Below are positions 26,150 through 36,800 of a DNA stretch of 64,000 nt, one piece after another. Source of the DNA: Phoronis australis (taxonomy: Eukaryota; Animalia; Phoronida). The notes below the pieces were generated by a model that saw only the letters and a list, made by a program, of their open reading frames with translations, had not been told where the DNA came from and searched no databases. The stretch is from the NCBI GenBank assembly GCA_002633005.1, contig NMRA01000635.1, positions 147,007 to 211,006 of the forward strand, written 5' to 3'. The first letter of the stretch is position 1; each line of letters opens with the position of its first letter. The position numbers were made by a program, and so were the translations under genes.

Positions 26150-26495
26150 TAAAATTAGTTCAGAAGTAAATGACAACATACGTAACTATCCAACGTTTTG
26201 ATTTATTACTTTAAGCCATTCTCAAGGAAAATGCCACCCTCAAGCTCCTCATAAAGGTGGCTATGCATATATGGTTGAACCATGCTGAGCGCCATCTCAA
26301 TAGAAACATCGGTTCATTTGAGCTCCAACTGTTTTGATTTCTGGTCTCTCCCCCTCACAGTGCATTTTGATGTGTACCTGTACAGTCTGTTCTCCACCTG
26401 TCTGAGCATGTGAACTGTTTCTTTGTAAATGGTTTAAAGTAATAAACTGAAACATTGGATAAATATGTCGTTATTTGCTAATTTTAAAGTTTGTG
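26150..26495 (+). mobile_element. Penelope-like retroelement 3' remnant with an inverted terminal segment
   Basis: 26150-26227 is an inverted copy of 26421-26495 (aatggtttaaagtaataaactgaaacattggata...ctaattttaaagtt); HLNRNIG..EL-like coding tail; homologous sequence at ~33895-34415. Confidence 0.45.
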
Positions 26496-27448
26496 ATATT
26501 AAATTGGTACTTTATGATATTCAGACCACCACAGTCACATTAAACAAACTGTGTAAATAAAAATCAAAAGTTTGTAACTATAATACTAACTTACGAACTT
26601 TCCAAAAACCAGCCCTGGACAGTGGCAGATCTACCTTTTCAGTAAGGGAGGGTTTAGGATTCGAGCGAATCCACGGGCGCGTAGATCTCAGTTGGCAATT
26701 ACTAAATACAGGTTTAGCCAAGTAATTACGAGCGCAAAACAGTATAGAAATAATTTATGGAAATTATCTCAGTAACTAGCCCTTATGTGTATATTCTCAA
26801 AAGCCTTTCCCTCTGGCTCTGAAGCTTCGTTGTTACCTCATATTGGTGCAGCCTTTTGATAACTTCACTGAACTAATTTTCTGACTAACCTCAAAGCTGA
26901 TGTGGGAAACTGACACTTAACTTCGCAGTTCTACACAGTTAGCATCAAACCTTCAATGATAACGGAGTTAACTGTATGAGAAAAGGCTGCACAGATACTT
27001 CACATTTGCACAAATGAGATTTTAATTCTTTTTCAGAAACAGTTTTGTGGAGTGTAAGACCAAATTCACGACTTGAGTCTTATGCCACATTTCCCGAAAC
27101 AGGAGTTAGACATCAGAGAAAGACAACATGAAACCTCCAGACTTAGCATATACGTTCGGGTTAGGCTTCCAGCCATCTTCCAGTTTTACGAAATTTTGCA
27201 TCTAACTGATAATATTTCGTTGCCTTCAGTTTAAACTCGGCCTCCTGGGTTTTTTTTTTCTTACTTTCTTGATTTAAATGCCTAGGTGCCCAATAACTCA
27301 AATGAAAATGGTAATAAGAAACTCTACATGGCTTTTCAAACCAATTGTTACACTCAAAAAAATGAAAGCAGACAATCGTCAAAGTAAAATCAGATGCTGC
27401 CAGAAAACACATATCGTGTAAACCACAATGCCAACATAATATCCTGGT

Positions 27449-27544
27449 AAATGTACTTCATTACAACACAGTCTGATATCAAATGTACTTCATTACAACA
27501 CAATCTGATATCAAATGTACTTCATTACAACACAGTCTGATATC
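27449..27544. repeat. 32-bp tandem repeat x3
   Basis: aaatgtacttcattacaacacagtctgatatc. Confidence 0.93.
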
Positions 27545-27782
27545 AAACGGTAAACCTTGCATGTTAATTACTTATCTCTATGATTGCTTGGCCACATTAG
27601 TTACTAACACTACATATAGCAGCCATGTGATATGAAGTAGGCTGAAAAATGCAAATGTTTTTAAAAACGAGTTTTGTGTCACAAATGATCCGCCGTAAAT
27701 CATTCAATCATGTCCAGTAAGTATCATGACATGGTGTTGGAGAATAACAATGCATGATGTAGGCTATGTGAGCCCCCCAAGC

Positions 27783-27861
27783 AATGTCATTAGTGCAAAG
27801 GTCACCTAATGTCATTAGTGCAAAGGTCACCTAATGTCATTAGTGCAAAGGTCACCTAATG
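27783..27861. repeat. 25-bp tandem repeat x3
   Basis: aatgtcattagtgcaaaggtcacct. Confidence 0.93.
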
Positions 27862-28313
27862 GCAGAATTTTTTGTTTTCACATTTACAACTAGTACATGA
27901 ATACAACTGCACTTTGCTAAGCATAAACTGTTAAAAAGTTCTGTCGTTCCTGCTATACATTAGCATAGTTAAGAGCATGCAGATACATTTTTAATGGACA
28001 CTTTCCTCTGCACACACTATCTTTGGCATTTGGCAAAAGAAAGTATTTGAAATGTCTGGAACTAATATTTCCAGAATGATTGGACTTTTTACCAGAATGT
28101 GGTCATTTCTGTTGACCATTTTTCTATTGAAACCATCATTTTGAAAAATAATATCAAACTTTTGATATGCCTATGACACTCCACAACTAGTATTCCAGCT
28201 GCTAAAACAGCAGTTTTCTGACATGCAAAAATCAATTTTGTGGCTACAAATCAGCCCTTCAAGACCATATTGAGCTTCTCAATGTAGGATCTCTGAAGCT
28301 TTTGAAACCAGTA

Positions 28314-28488
28314 TCATCCCCGTAAGCCCCACTCCGACACCTTTCTTTGCGCCCAAGACATAGCAATCATGCTGGTACCATTTGACAGGAAACTACGAAC
28401 TGTTCCGGGCCCAAGTCCACGATACAGAGCAAAAATGCCACCTCTCTCACGAACCACTGACTGCATTCGCCGCCATGTAGACATTTTC
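28314..28488 (-). CDS. SLC25 carrier exon 7 (terminal)
   Basis: KMSTWRRMQSVVRERGGIFALYRGLGPGTVRSFLSNGTSMIAMSWAQRKVSEWGLRG*; ctgcag acceptor, TGA stop. Confidence 0.95.
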
Positions 28489-31400
28489 CTGCAGAAGAAG
28501 TACTAGTCACAGTTTACATAGAAAATGGTAAATACAAAATGGTAAATACAAAATGGTAAATACAAAATGGTAAATACAAAATGGTAAATACAAAATGTAG
28601 ACAAATTAGACTACTCCATGTAAACTATGAAGCTTGCTGCTTCAGACAATACAATTCTTAGATTGACGAAGAAATAATAAACCCCATAGGCTTTCCTCAA
28701 AATTGCTAATTATGATTAAAAAGTCCTTCAATGTGGTAAATATCTCAAATCTCCAATGATAAAAACATAGGAAGCACATGATGGCTGCTAATGTTCATAT
28801 GAAACTTTTGGACACCATACTTCATGGACACCATACTTCATGGACACCATACTTCATGGACACCATACTTCATGGACACCATACTTCATGGACTCTTCAT
28901 TAAAATGCTGTTAGGGGTTGTTTTTAAAATCTTCCACTTTTGCATGAGAGGTTAACAAAGTAACTTTTATGATTTGATGAAAAAATCAAAGTTTGCATAA
29001 ACAAAAACAAATGGAAAACTGTAACAGCATTTTTGAAATCTCTTCCTGAACATTTATGAAATGAAAGTTGGTCCTGTGGATAATGCCATTGTTTTGATAT
29101 GGATGCACCTTTATGTTTTTGCTAAATTTACCAGACAATGGCAGATTGGTATAAGGTCAAAAAATGATATTCTACATGCAATACATACTTTTACGAAGTC
29201 AACATCTTTAGTTTCATAAATATTTGACAAAATACACGACACTTGTCAATAAGGTCGGACATAATCTTAAAACATCAGGTGACCAATACTCACTGCCCAT
29301 AACTTCCCTGCACCTGCGACTTCATGTATTCCAGCGGCCAAACAAGCCACCAGGCAAAAGTTGCTGCAAGACCAGAGGTTAGGAATGGCCCCAGTAAAGG
29401 GCTCTTGAACTGGTCTGGAAAGTGTCGGCGGATACTGTCGACCAAGATAAAATAGGTGGTCATTAAACCAAGAGTCCTGACCCATGTGACACTAAAGCCC
29501 TGAAATCATAAACAAAATTTTTAATTCATATAAACTAAGGTGATGAGTTGACCTAAAAGTCACTCAATGCTGTATTAAAAGGACAGAATAGGTTTAAGGG
29601 GCGAGAAATACATTTAGGGATTATCGGCGGGTAGGATAGACTTCTTAAAATTGTTAGCTCTGATCAGAATTATAAAGCAGCAGAATCCTCTGTTCTCCTG
29701 AATTTATTTAGAAAATGACAATTCTTGACGTTGACTCCTAACCATTCAGCGGAATCAACTGAAATGAAGACGGGTGACTTTGTCAGTTAAATACCTGACC
29801 TACTTGTCAAATTGACTTTTAGCTCTACTAACCAGGTAACGGACTATGATAGTTATGGCTTCTAATCCATCTCGACGCTCATCTCAGATCAATTTAGCTG
29901 TCACTGGCCTCTTGCAACTACTAGTATGCACAGTGATGTAATGGAGCAACATATGGCCTGCATGTAAACCATTACGGAGGCCGCCCATTGACCCCAACGT
30001 GTTCGGTAAGATAGGAAAAGAACAAGTTGGCCAATTAACCAGCCTAGCCAGTATCTTACACTATTGATTACATCCATGGTAGTATTTATGACAGGACGGC
30101 CGCCTCTCTTTTGCTCCATAACTGCTATAATATCTCAGGTCATATTTAGCCTGATTTAGATGTTAAAAATAAAAGAGAAGTTATATACTGCTTGAACATA
30201 AAACCAATAACAATTCTGAATTCCTCATCAAATGATGGTCATGTTTTGCTTTTTGAATCGCCAAAATCGCCCAACTACAACCAAAATTAAGAGAATCTGT
30301 TCTGTCAGAACACAGCAGTTTCAGTAAGTTTTTGAAGCCTGCCAGATAATTGGCCTGGACGCTGTCATAGCAGACAAGACTGCATGCAGCAGTTAACAAA
30401 GGAGCCAGAAAAATAATATGTTACCAGCACACTATAGTTTTTTCAACTGCCGTTTATTGTAACTATTTCTTTCCTGCCACGCCCAGATAGCACACTGCAA
30501 ATCACATTTCTCTCCTCCCATACTCAGGTAGCACATTACAAACCACATTTCTCTCCTGCCATGCCCATGTAGCGCATTACAAACCACATGTCTCTCCTCC
30601 CATGCTAAGGTAGCACATTGCAAACCACATTTCTCTCTTTCCATGCTCAGGCAGCAGATTATACACCACCACTTATGAACGCAACTCCAAGCATTCAAAT
30701 GTTATGAAATTTGTACTGTTTACATTTCGTCACTGCCTCAAGTTATCATCGTCAATTGCAGTAGGAACAATGCTTACTGTGTAAAGAGCAGAGAACTTCC
30801 ACGTCTGTTGTGTTTGCCGACAGATCTTAGCGTATTCCAAAGGGCACTCTATCACAGCTCGTGAAGTAGAAGCAATAAGTCCAGCCACAACAACACGACT
30901 GAAATGAAAGGGAAAATAAACAACAGACATGTCAATCAATAATTATTTTCAACAAAAACTACACTTCATTGGTAACTGGTGTTACTGGAGAACAACGCAG
31001 CACAACACGATTGAAAATCAAAATAATAAACATTTGTCATTATCTCTTTGCGACAGTATAAAAATAATAGTTTTTTTGAAGTTCGAAGCTTGTCCCAAAC
31101 TTTAGAAATTAGCATGATGAATTTTGCCCGAAATTAAGAAACTGTAGAAAGACAATTTTACTCAGGTCTGAGTAATCAAGGTAGTAGTCCACTTGAGACA
31201 AGAATAAGTAAAATTTCCATTTTTGGCAAAATGATGCTGTCTGGTGTCTGACAGCTACATGCATACTAAAAGCAAACGATAAAATTTCCAGTAATTCTTT
31301 TTGAAAAGATCCCACGTGTCCATCATATTGTGAGAACCCAATTGTCCACCACATTGTGAGACCCTACTTGTCCACCATATTGTGAGACCCCACTTGTCCA

Positions 31401-34400
31401 TCATATTGTGAGACCCCACTTGTCCACCATATTGTGAGACCCCACTTGTCCACCATATTGTGAGACCCCACTTGTCCATCATATTGTGAGACCCCACTTG
31501 TCCATCATATTGTGAGACCCCACTTGTCCACCATATTGCCTCTCATACTGAAGAATCTTTAATTTATTTAATCATATTATTCGCATCTTTATTTCAGTTT
31601 GTGAAAATAAATATAATTATGTCAAACTACACATCGAGTTCTGATGTGACTGATGAATGTTGTCTGCTTCAGTTGCAGTGTCGAGTAAATATTATATTCA
31701 CAAGGCTAAACGCCGAGTGAAAATATTTACTCAGCACAACAACCGAGGCTAATAGTATTTATGTATGACGTGTGTCATAACATATTTATATCACATATTC
31801 AAGTTTTAATCACTTTTTTGACAACTCGCATGCAATAACCATGCCACGTGAATCTACATTTGTAACCTTCTGGGTTCTTACATGGCCACGTGACACGATT
31901 ATTGCACGAGAGTACTGAGACGTATTTGGTACAAAGTTAAATACTTCCATAATGCAGTAGTATTCCAGCTACAAGCATATAACATTGTGCTGCAGTGATA
32001 TTGCTTCTAATAATAATTATACTCTCAAATACACAACATTATGGCTGACTGTGTCACTTTAACCAACAATTAACTTCTAAGTTCTACTACACATTAGTAT
32101 TTCAAAAAAACGACTGAGAATTCTGACTTACGTCTGAACACCAAATGTACCAGGGATTATAGTTCTTCCCCTGTGGTCATCCAGAAGAGTGTACCTGAAA
32201 TTAACCACTGAATTCATGCTAGCAGCCATACCATGGTTTGTGGAAAATACAGAAAATGGAACATTACCTACAAATATCCAGAGCAGCATTATTACTATAA
32301 AATGCACCTTTACTCTTGAGAAATAAATAAAATATACAGCTCTTCACCATCAGAATATTAAAACAATATGTGAACTTAACAAATGGCCAATTTAATACAG
32401 AAAGTCTTAAATAGCGATAATGCAGCGGAAAAACAGGAATTCATTGTAGTGTATGTTAATATATGTTAATATATGTTAATATATGTTAACAGACATCGTT
32501 TGAAGGAATCTACAATTGGGTCAAGTGAAATTTCCTAAAATTTTGAACGTCCAATAAATGTTAAGTTTCCAGCTGTGAATCTAGGCATCAATAATTCTAC
32601 TTGGTCTATAAGACAATCAGTCCTAATTCAGATTTGACACATAAAAACCTCTAAAATGGCTTTCATGCAAAAAGATGTTTTTTAACTTAAAATCATGTTG
32701 TGTGCACCTTCAAAATAATTTTGATTTGTAACCAAAGACTGTTGTACTTACACAGCTTCAAATACAGCAAATTGTGTGGACCGATAAATACCAGAACCCC
32801 ACAACGGTGGAATGCAACCTCTGAAAAACATAAAATCATGTAACTAACCACAACACTAGATGAATGAACTCTTTAAAGGAAGTACAAAAGTAAAAACTAC
32901 ACAAGACAAAAGTCAATTTCTGAGTCAAATGTTCATTAAAATTTGGTAGCCACAGATGTGCCACAATCAGAAAGTTCCAGAAAGACATGTGAGCAGGATA
33001 AAATTGAGGCTAAGAAATAATTAGTTATGCTTACACTAAATGAAATGTCCATTGAAGATGACTTGCTATCCAGTTACACTCAATTGTGCAGTGTTAGTTT
33101 TAAAATGCTGGCAAATGCATGGTCTCGTCCAAAAATTAGCTAAACTCCATTAAAACTAAGACTTTTCCACTAATTCTGCAACGATGCACTTGCTTTTTCA
33201 GATGTTCTCTGACATATTTTCAATAAATTTTGTGAAGCTAAACAACTTTTTAAAAACTGTAATACCAACCTATAAAGTCCCTTGACACCTTGGGTACCAA
33301 GAGTTTTTGTAAATGTTTGCCACATTCCTCCTTTTTCAAAGCCTTTCTGTGCTTGCATCTTGGTCTTGATTGTGTCAAACGGGTGACCCACACAAACACT
33401 TGTTGTGCCATACAGGACTCCCACTGTAACAACAGGATAAGGTTCAAATATACTATGAGTTCAGTGTTGTTAGAAGAATATCAACAAGAGTCAATTTTAA
33501 ACTGGTCAGTTATCAACAAAATGAAGTCTGTTTAGTTATAATGCCTTGACATAACTCAACTATTGATTTTGTACAAGAAAAAAACAAGTCAACTTGTCAG
33601 GAAGAAATTGTTATTGCTTGAGTACCATCAGTTGGAAGGATTGGAAAACATCAATGGCCTCCACAGGTATAATGTTGTGTAGAGAGTGCCAGGAATGAGG
33701 AAGACCTCTTTACTAGAACACTACTTTATTGTGGACTGACTAACTACTGTACAACAACATGTTTTTGGAATACACAAGACCACATGCAAATGAGTCACAT
33801 TTCATAGTTAACTGTTTGGCAAGAGTTATATAACAAACGATTCTAACTAATTGTGACATGCATATAAGGGAAGTGTACAAACTTGAAATCATCATTGGTT
33901 CATATGAGCTCCAACTGTCTCTCCCTTCACAATGCATGTGTACCTATGTACATGCCCTCACAATGCATGTGTACCTAATGTACATGCCCTCACAATGCAT
34001 GTGTACCTGTGTACATGCCCTCACAATGCATGTGTACCTATGTACATGCCCTCACAATGCATGTGTACCTATGTACATGCCCTCACAATGCATGTCGATG
34101 TGTACCGTCCTAATAGTATGTACATACCCTCACAATGCATGTGTACCCATGTACATGCCCTCACAATGCATGTCGATGTGTACCTATGTACATGCCCTCA
34201 CAATGCATGTGTACCTATGTACATGCCCTCACAATGCATGTCGATGTGTACCTATGTACATGCCCTCACAATGCATGTCGATGTGTACCTGAGTGTCTGT
34301 ACATCCGTCACAATGCATTTGATGTGTACCTGTGCACACTGTTCTCCTGTGTTACCTGACTGGAGTATTATGAACATTTGTCTTGTGAATGGTTTAGTGA

Positions 34401-36154
34401 TAATAAACCAAAACCTTGACTAATAAAATGCCTTTTATCAGGTGGTATGCAGTGATTTTAAAGCTCAAACTCATATTAAGGCCAAAAACAAATGTGATTA
34501 AAGTAAGCATAGTTAAATAAACCACTACCCCGTATATACTGTAATTATAGTTCTAGTAAAAATCACAATAGTATTACAACAGGTGGCTCTCAATCTACAC
34601 TCAAAAGATATCCATTTAGCAAGTTTAACGTGGTTTTGGTGGTTCAACCAGGGCAAAGCCTGAAAAGATGAACAAAGTCTACTGTGGATGCGTAGTGACG
34701 TAGTGTTGTAAAATCCCTAAGTCGTAGACAGCAGTACTCTGCAGCCTTGTTTTGAGTAACATAGAGACTAGTGTTTGGCAGATAGTTTGTTAGTCTACTC
34801 AGTGTGTGAACATGTGGAGTTAGTTGTTAGAACAACTAACCCCTTAGTGAGTGGTCCTATAGTAAGTTGTTTAGTTGTGTACATACTACAGTGTATGCGT
34901 GTCTACATACTACAGTGTATGCGTGTCTACATACTACAGTGTATGCGTGTCTACATACTACAGTGTACGCGTGTCTGCATACTACAGTGTAAGATACATA
35001 CTACAGTGTATGCATGTCTACATACTACAGTGTATGCGTGTCTACATACTACAGTGTATGCGTGTCTGCATACTACAGTGTAAGATACATACTACAGTGT
35101 ATGCATGTCTACATGCTACAGTGTATGCGTGTCTACATACTAGAGTGTATGCGTGTCTACATACTACAGTGTATGCATGTCTGCATTTTGTGGCACAGCT
35201 AAGTGTGACGACATTAATCATTACAAGCCATGAAGATTGTGAGTCAAGTGCTAGAAGACCTCAAAACTAGTCGTGTTGTCAGTGAAACCCCCAAGGGAAA
35301 TCCAGTGTGTGAATGCAGTCTCTCCTCAATGCAGAGACACAGTCCAGACACCCCTATACAATTAATGCAGGCGAGCCCCCGGCTGACCCAGCCTCATGTG
35401 GGCTCTGGCCGGAGAGGGTTTCTAGACCACAACTCGATATTAGTCCACTAATAGCCCACTTTTGGTTACACCCATGTATTGGCTGCCTGGATCTTGAAAA
35501 ATCACCTGGTTCTCAACGGAACCTGCATGATAATTTTCAAGATTCGTGAAATTACAATAGTAAACAGTATACCAATTAACAGCAATTGCCTATAGATGTG
35601 TTTCCGGTTTTTTTTGAGAGGTGTACAACACTCACCACAGATTCACCACAGTACTAGAATTCTACTAGATAGCTGCTACAAGAATCTATGTGATTTTAAT
35701 CAATGCTTGTCTTAATTGTCACCTGCTAATGCACCATTGTCGTCTCACTTGAGTGATAAAAACAGGATTTAACTATACATGTATATAACTTACATTGCCT
35801 CAAAAGGTAGGATATTGCAGTTCTTGGTGGTGGCCTTTCCCTAAAAAATTGCAGAGTAACTTGCCTAAAGCTAGGTAACGCTTGTCCATTAAGCAGACTT
35901 AATTTGTAAGGAGTTATCAAACTTTGATCCAAACTTTTGGGGGTTGTCAAGGGTTACACGGCATTGATGGCATTATTGTTTCAGAGAACTGGATGGTAAA
36001 GTCGTGTTTAATATCTGTTAATAGGCCAAAGTCGGGTTTGTTAACCTCTTTAAAGCAACTTACACTCAAGGCCACATAATCAAATGTGACTCTCACCTCC
36101 AAGACCAATAGCACCTTCCTTTATCCAATGACTCCGTTCTTCATTATGCGTCAT
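28314..36154 (-). CDS. SLC25 mitochondrial carrier family protein, 281 aa, 7 coding exons (loosely carnitine/amino-acid-carrier-like; subfamily not assigned)
   Basis: Joining 36154-36097, 33423-33270, 32820-32752, 32194-32132, 30898-30778, 29499-29294 and 28488-28314 gives 846 nt. All introns are GT-AG, phases are consistent and there is no internal stop. Three Px[DE]xx[KR] signatures (PFDTIK, PLEYAK, PLEYMK) and GLYRG/ALYRG motifs. Confidence 0.95.
28522..28597. repeat. 14-bp tandem repeat x5
   Basis: aaaatggtaaatac. Confidence 0.95.
28809..28893. repeat. 16-bp tandem repeat x5
   Basis: tggacaccatacttca. Confidence 0.95.
29294..29499 (-). CDS. SLC25 carrier exon 6
   Basis: GFSVTWVRTLGLMTTYFILVDSIRRHFPDQFKSPLLGPFLTSGLAATFAWWLVWPLEYMKSQVQGSYG(Q); tttcag acceptor, gtgagt donor. 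Confidence 0.95.
30470..30660. repeat. Diverged 41-bp tandem repeat, ~4.5 copies
   Basis: agcacatt(a/g)caaaccacatttctctcc.. at 30489, 30530, 30571 and 30612. Confidence 0.85.
30778..30898 (-). CDS. SLC25 carrier exon 5
   Basis: RVVVAGLIASTSRAVIECPLEYAKICRQTQQTWKFSALYT; tttcag acceptor, gtaagc donor. Confidence 0.95.
31312..31538. repeat. 26-bp tandem repeat, ~9 copies
   Basis: ccacttgtcca(c/t)catattgtgagacc. Confidence 0.95.
32132..32194 (-). CDS. SLC25 carrier exon 4
   Basis: YTLLDDHRGRTIIPGTFGVQ(T); tttcag acceptor, gtaagt donor; phase 2-2 fits both neighbours. Confidence 0.88.
32752..32820 (-). CDS. SLC25 carrier exon 3
   Basis: GCIPPLWGSGIYRSTQFAVFEA(V); tttcag acceptor, gtaagt donor. 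Confidence 0.93.
33270..33423 (-). CDS. SLC25 carrier exon 2
   Basis: (V)GVLYGTTSVCVGHPFDTIKTKMQAQKGFEKGGMWQTFTKTLGTQGVKGLY(R); ttacag acceptor, gttggt donor. Confidence 0.95.
33923..34335. repeat. ~31-36-bp minisatellite expanded inside a dispersed repeat
   Basis: ccctcacaatgcatgtgtacctatgtacatg with tcgat insert variants. Confidence 0.95.
34881..35184. repeat. 24-bp minisatellite
   Basis: catactacagtgtatgcgtgtcta. Confidence 0.95.
36097..36154 (-). CDS. SLC25 carrier coding exon 1 (MTHNEERSHWIKEGAIGLG)
   Basis: ATG at 36154, gtgaga donor, phase 1. A polypyrimidine/cag acceptor at 36168-36169 suggests a 5'UTR intron upstream. Confidence 0.85.
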
Positions 36155-36800
36155 CTTTGAACACCCACTGAGTGGAACAGAAATGAACCAATTTCGCACT
36201 TCTACCACTATGGAGTATGGTCTTACTCAAATGAGTTACTGTTGCCCAGGGCTGGTGAAAACACCTGTCAGCCTGTCCTCACCAGGCTACCTGCCAGCCA
36301 GCGAGCTAGCTGTATGAAGACTATCATCAAAATACCTGCCAGTCTGGTTGTGCACTTAGTCACCTAGCCCTGGCCCACTTGTGGCCACGATCAATTTCAA
36401 TACTAGCACCGTTTCAATGAGCTCCGACTCTTAAACTATGAATTTTGCTAGGCCCTACTCGTCATTCCTAAGACTCCACGTGAACCTGCACCTGGAGGCA
36501 AAACGGTCTCTTGAGCTCGGGAAACCCCATCTTTGAACCGTAAACACTGACCTCTGTTGGATATAGTCTTGAAGATACCACTGCAGATTTTTGGTGTATT
36601 TTGAGTAAAAAAAACATTATTAAAGCAAATTAACAATAATAATAAACTTTTAGTATGTAAAATACTCGATTTTTTGGTGATTTTGGAATGGTAGCAATCA
36701 TGTAAATTTTATGTTTCGAGAGTTTCCAAGATGGTGGTAAGGGGATTTGTTGTACACACAATCACAGGCGCTTGGGTTTATCGCAAATGACGTCACTCAA
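36155..36800. promoter_or_regulatory. Probable bidirectional promoter region shared by the SLC25 carrier and CZIB; full CRE palindrome at 36788-36795
   Basis: Divergent ATGs at 36154 (-) and 36731 (+) have only 576 bp between them; TGACGTCA lies just inside CZIB intron 1. Confidence 0.6.
36731..36736 (+). CDS. CZIB: CZIB coding exon 1 (Met-Val)
   Basis: ccaagATGGTG|gtaagg; phase 0 supplies the two residues missing before KIALQ. Confidence 0.75.

Noticed and set aside
33858-35270. Cys/His/Met-rich ORFs resembling metal-binding proteins
   Set aside because: They are translations of the 31-bp and 24-bp minisatellites in SLC25 intron 1.
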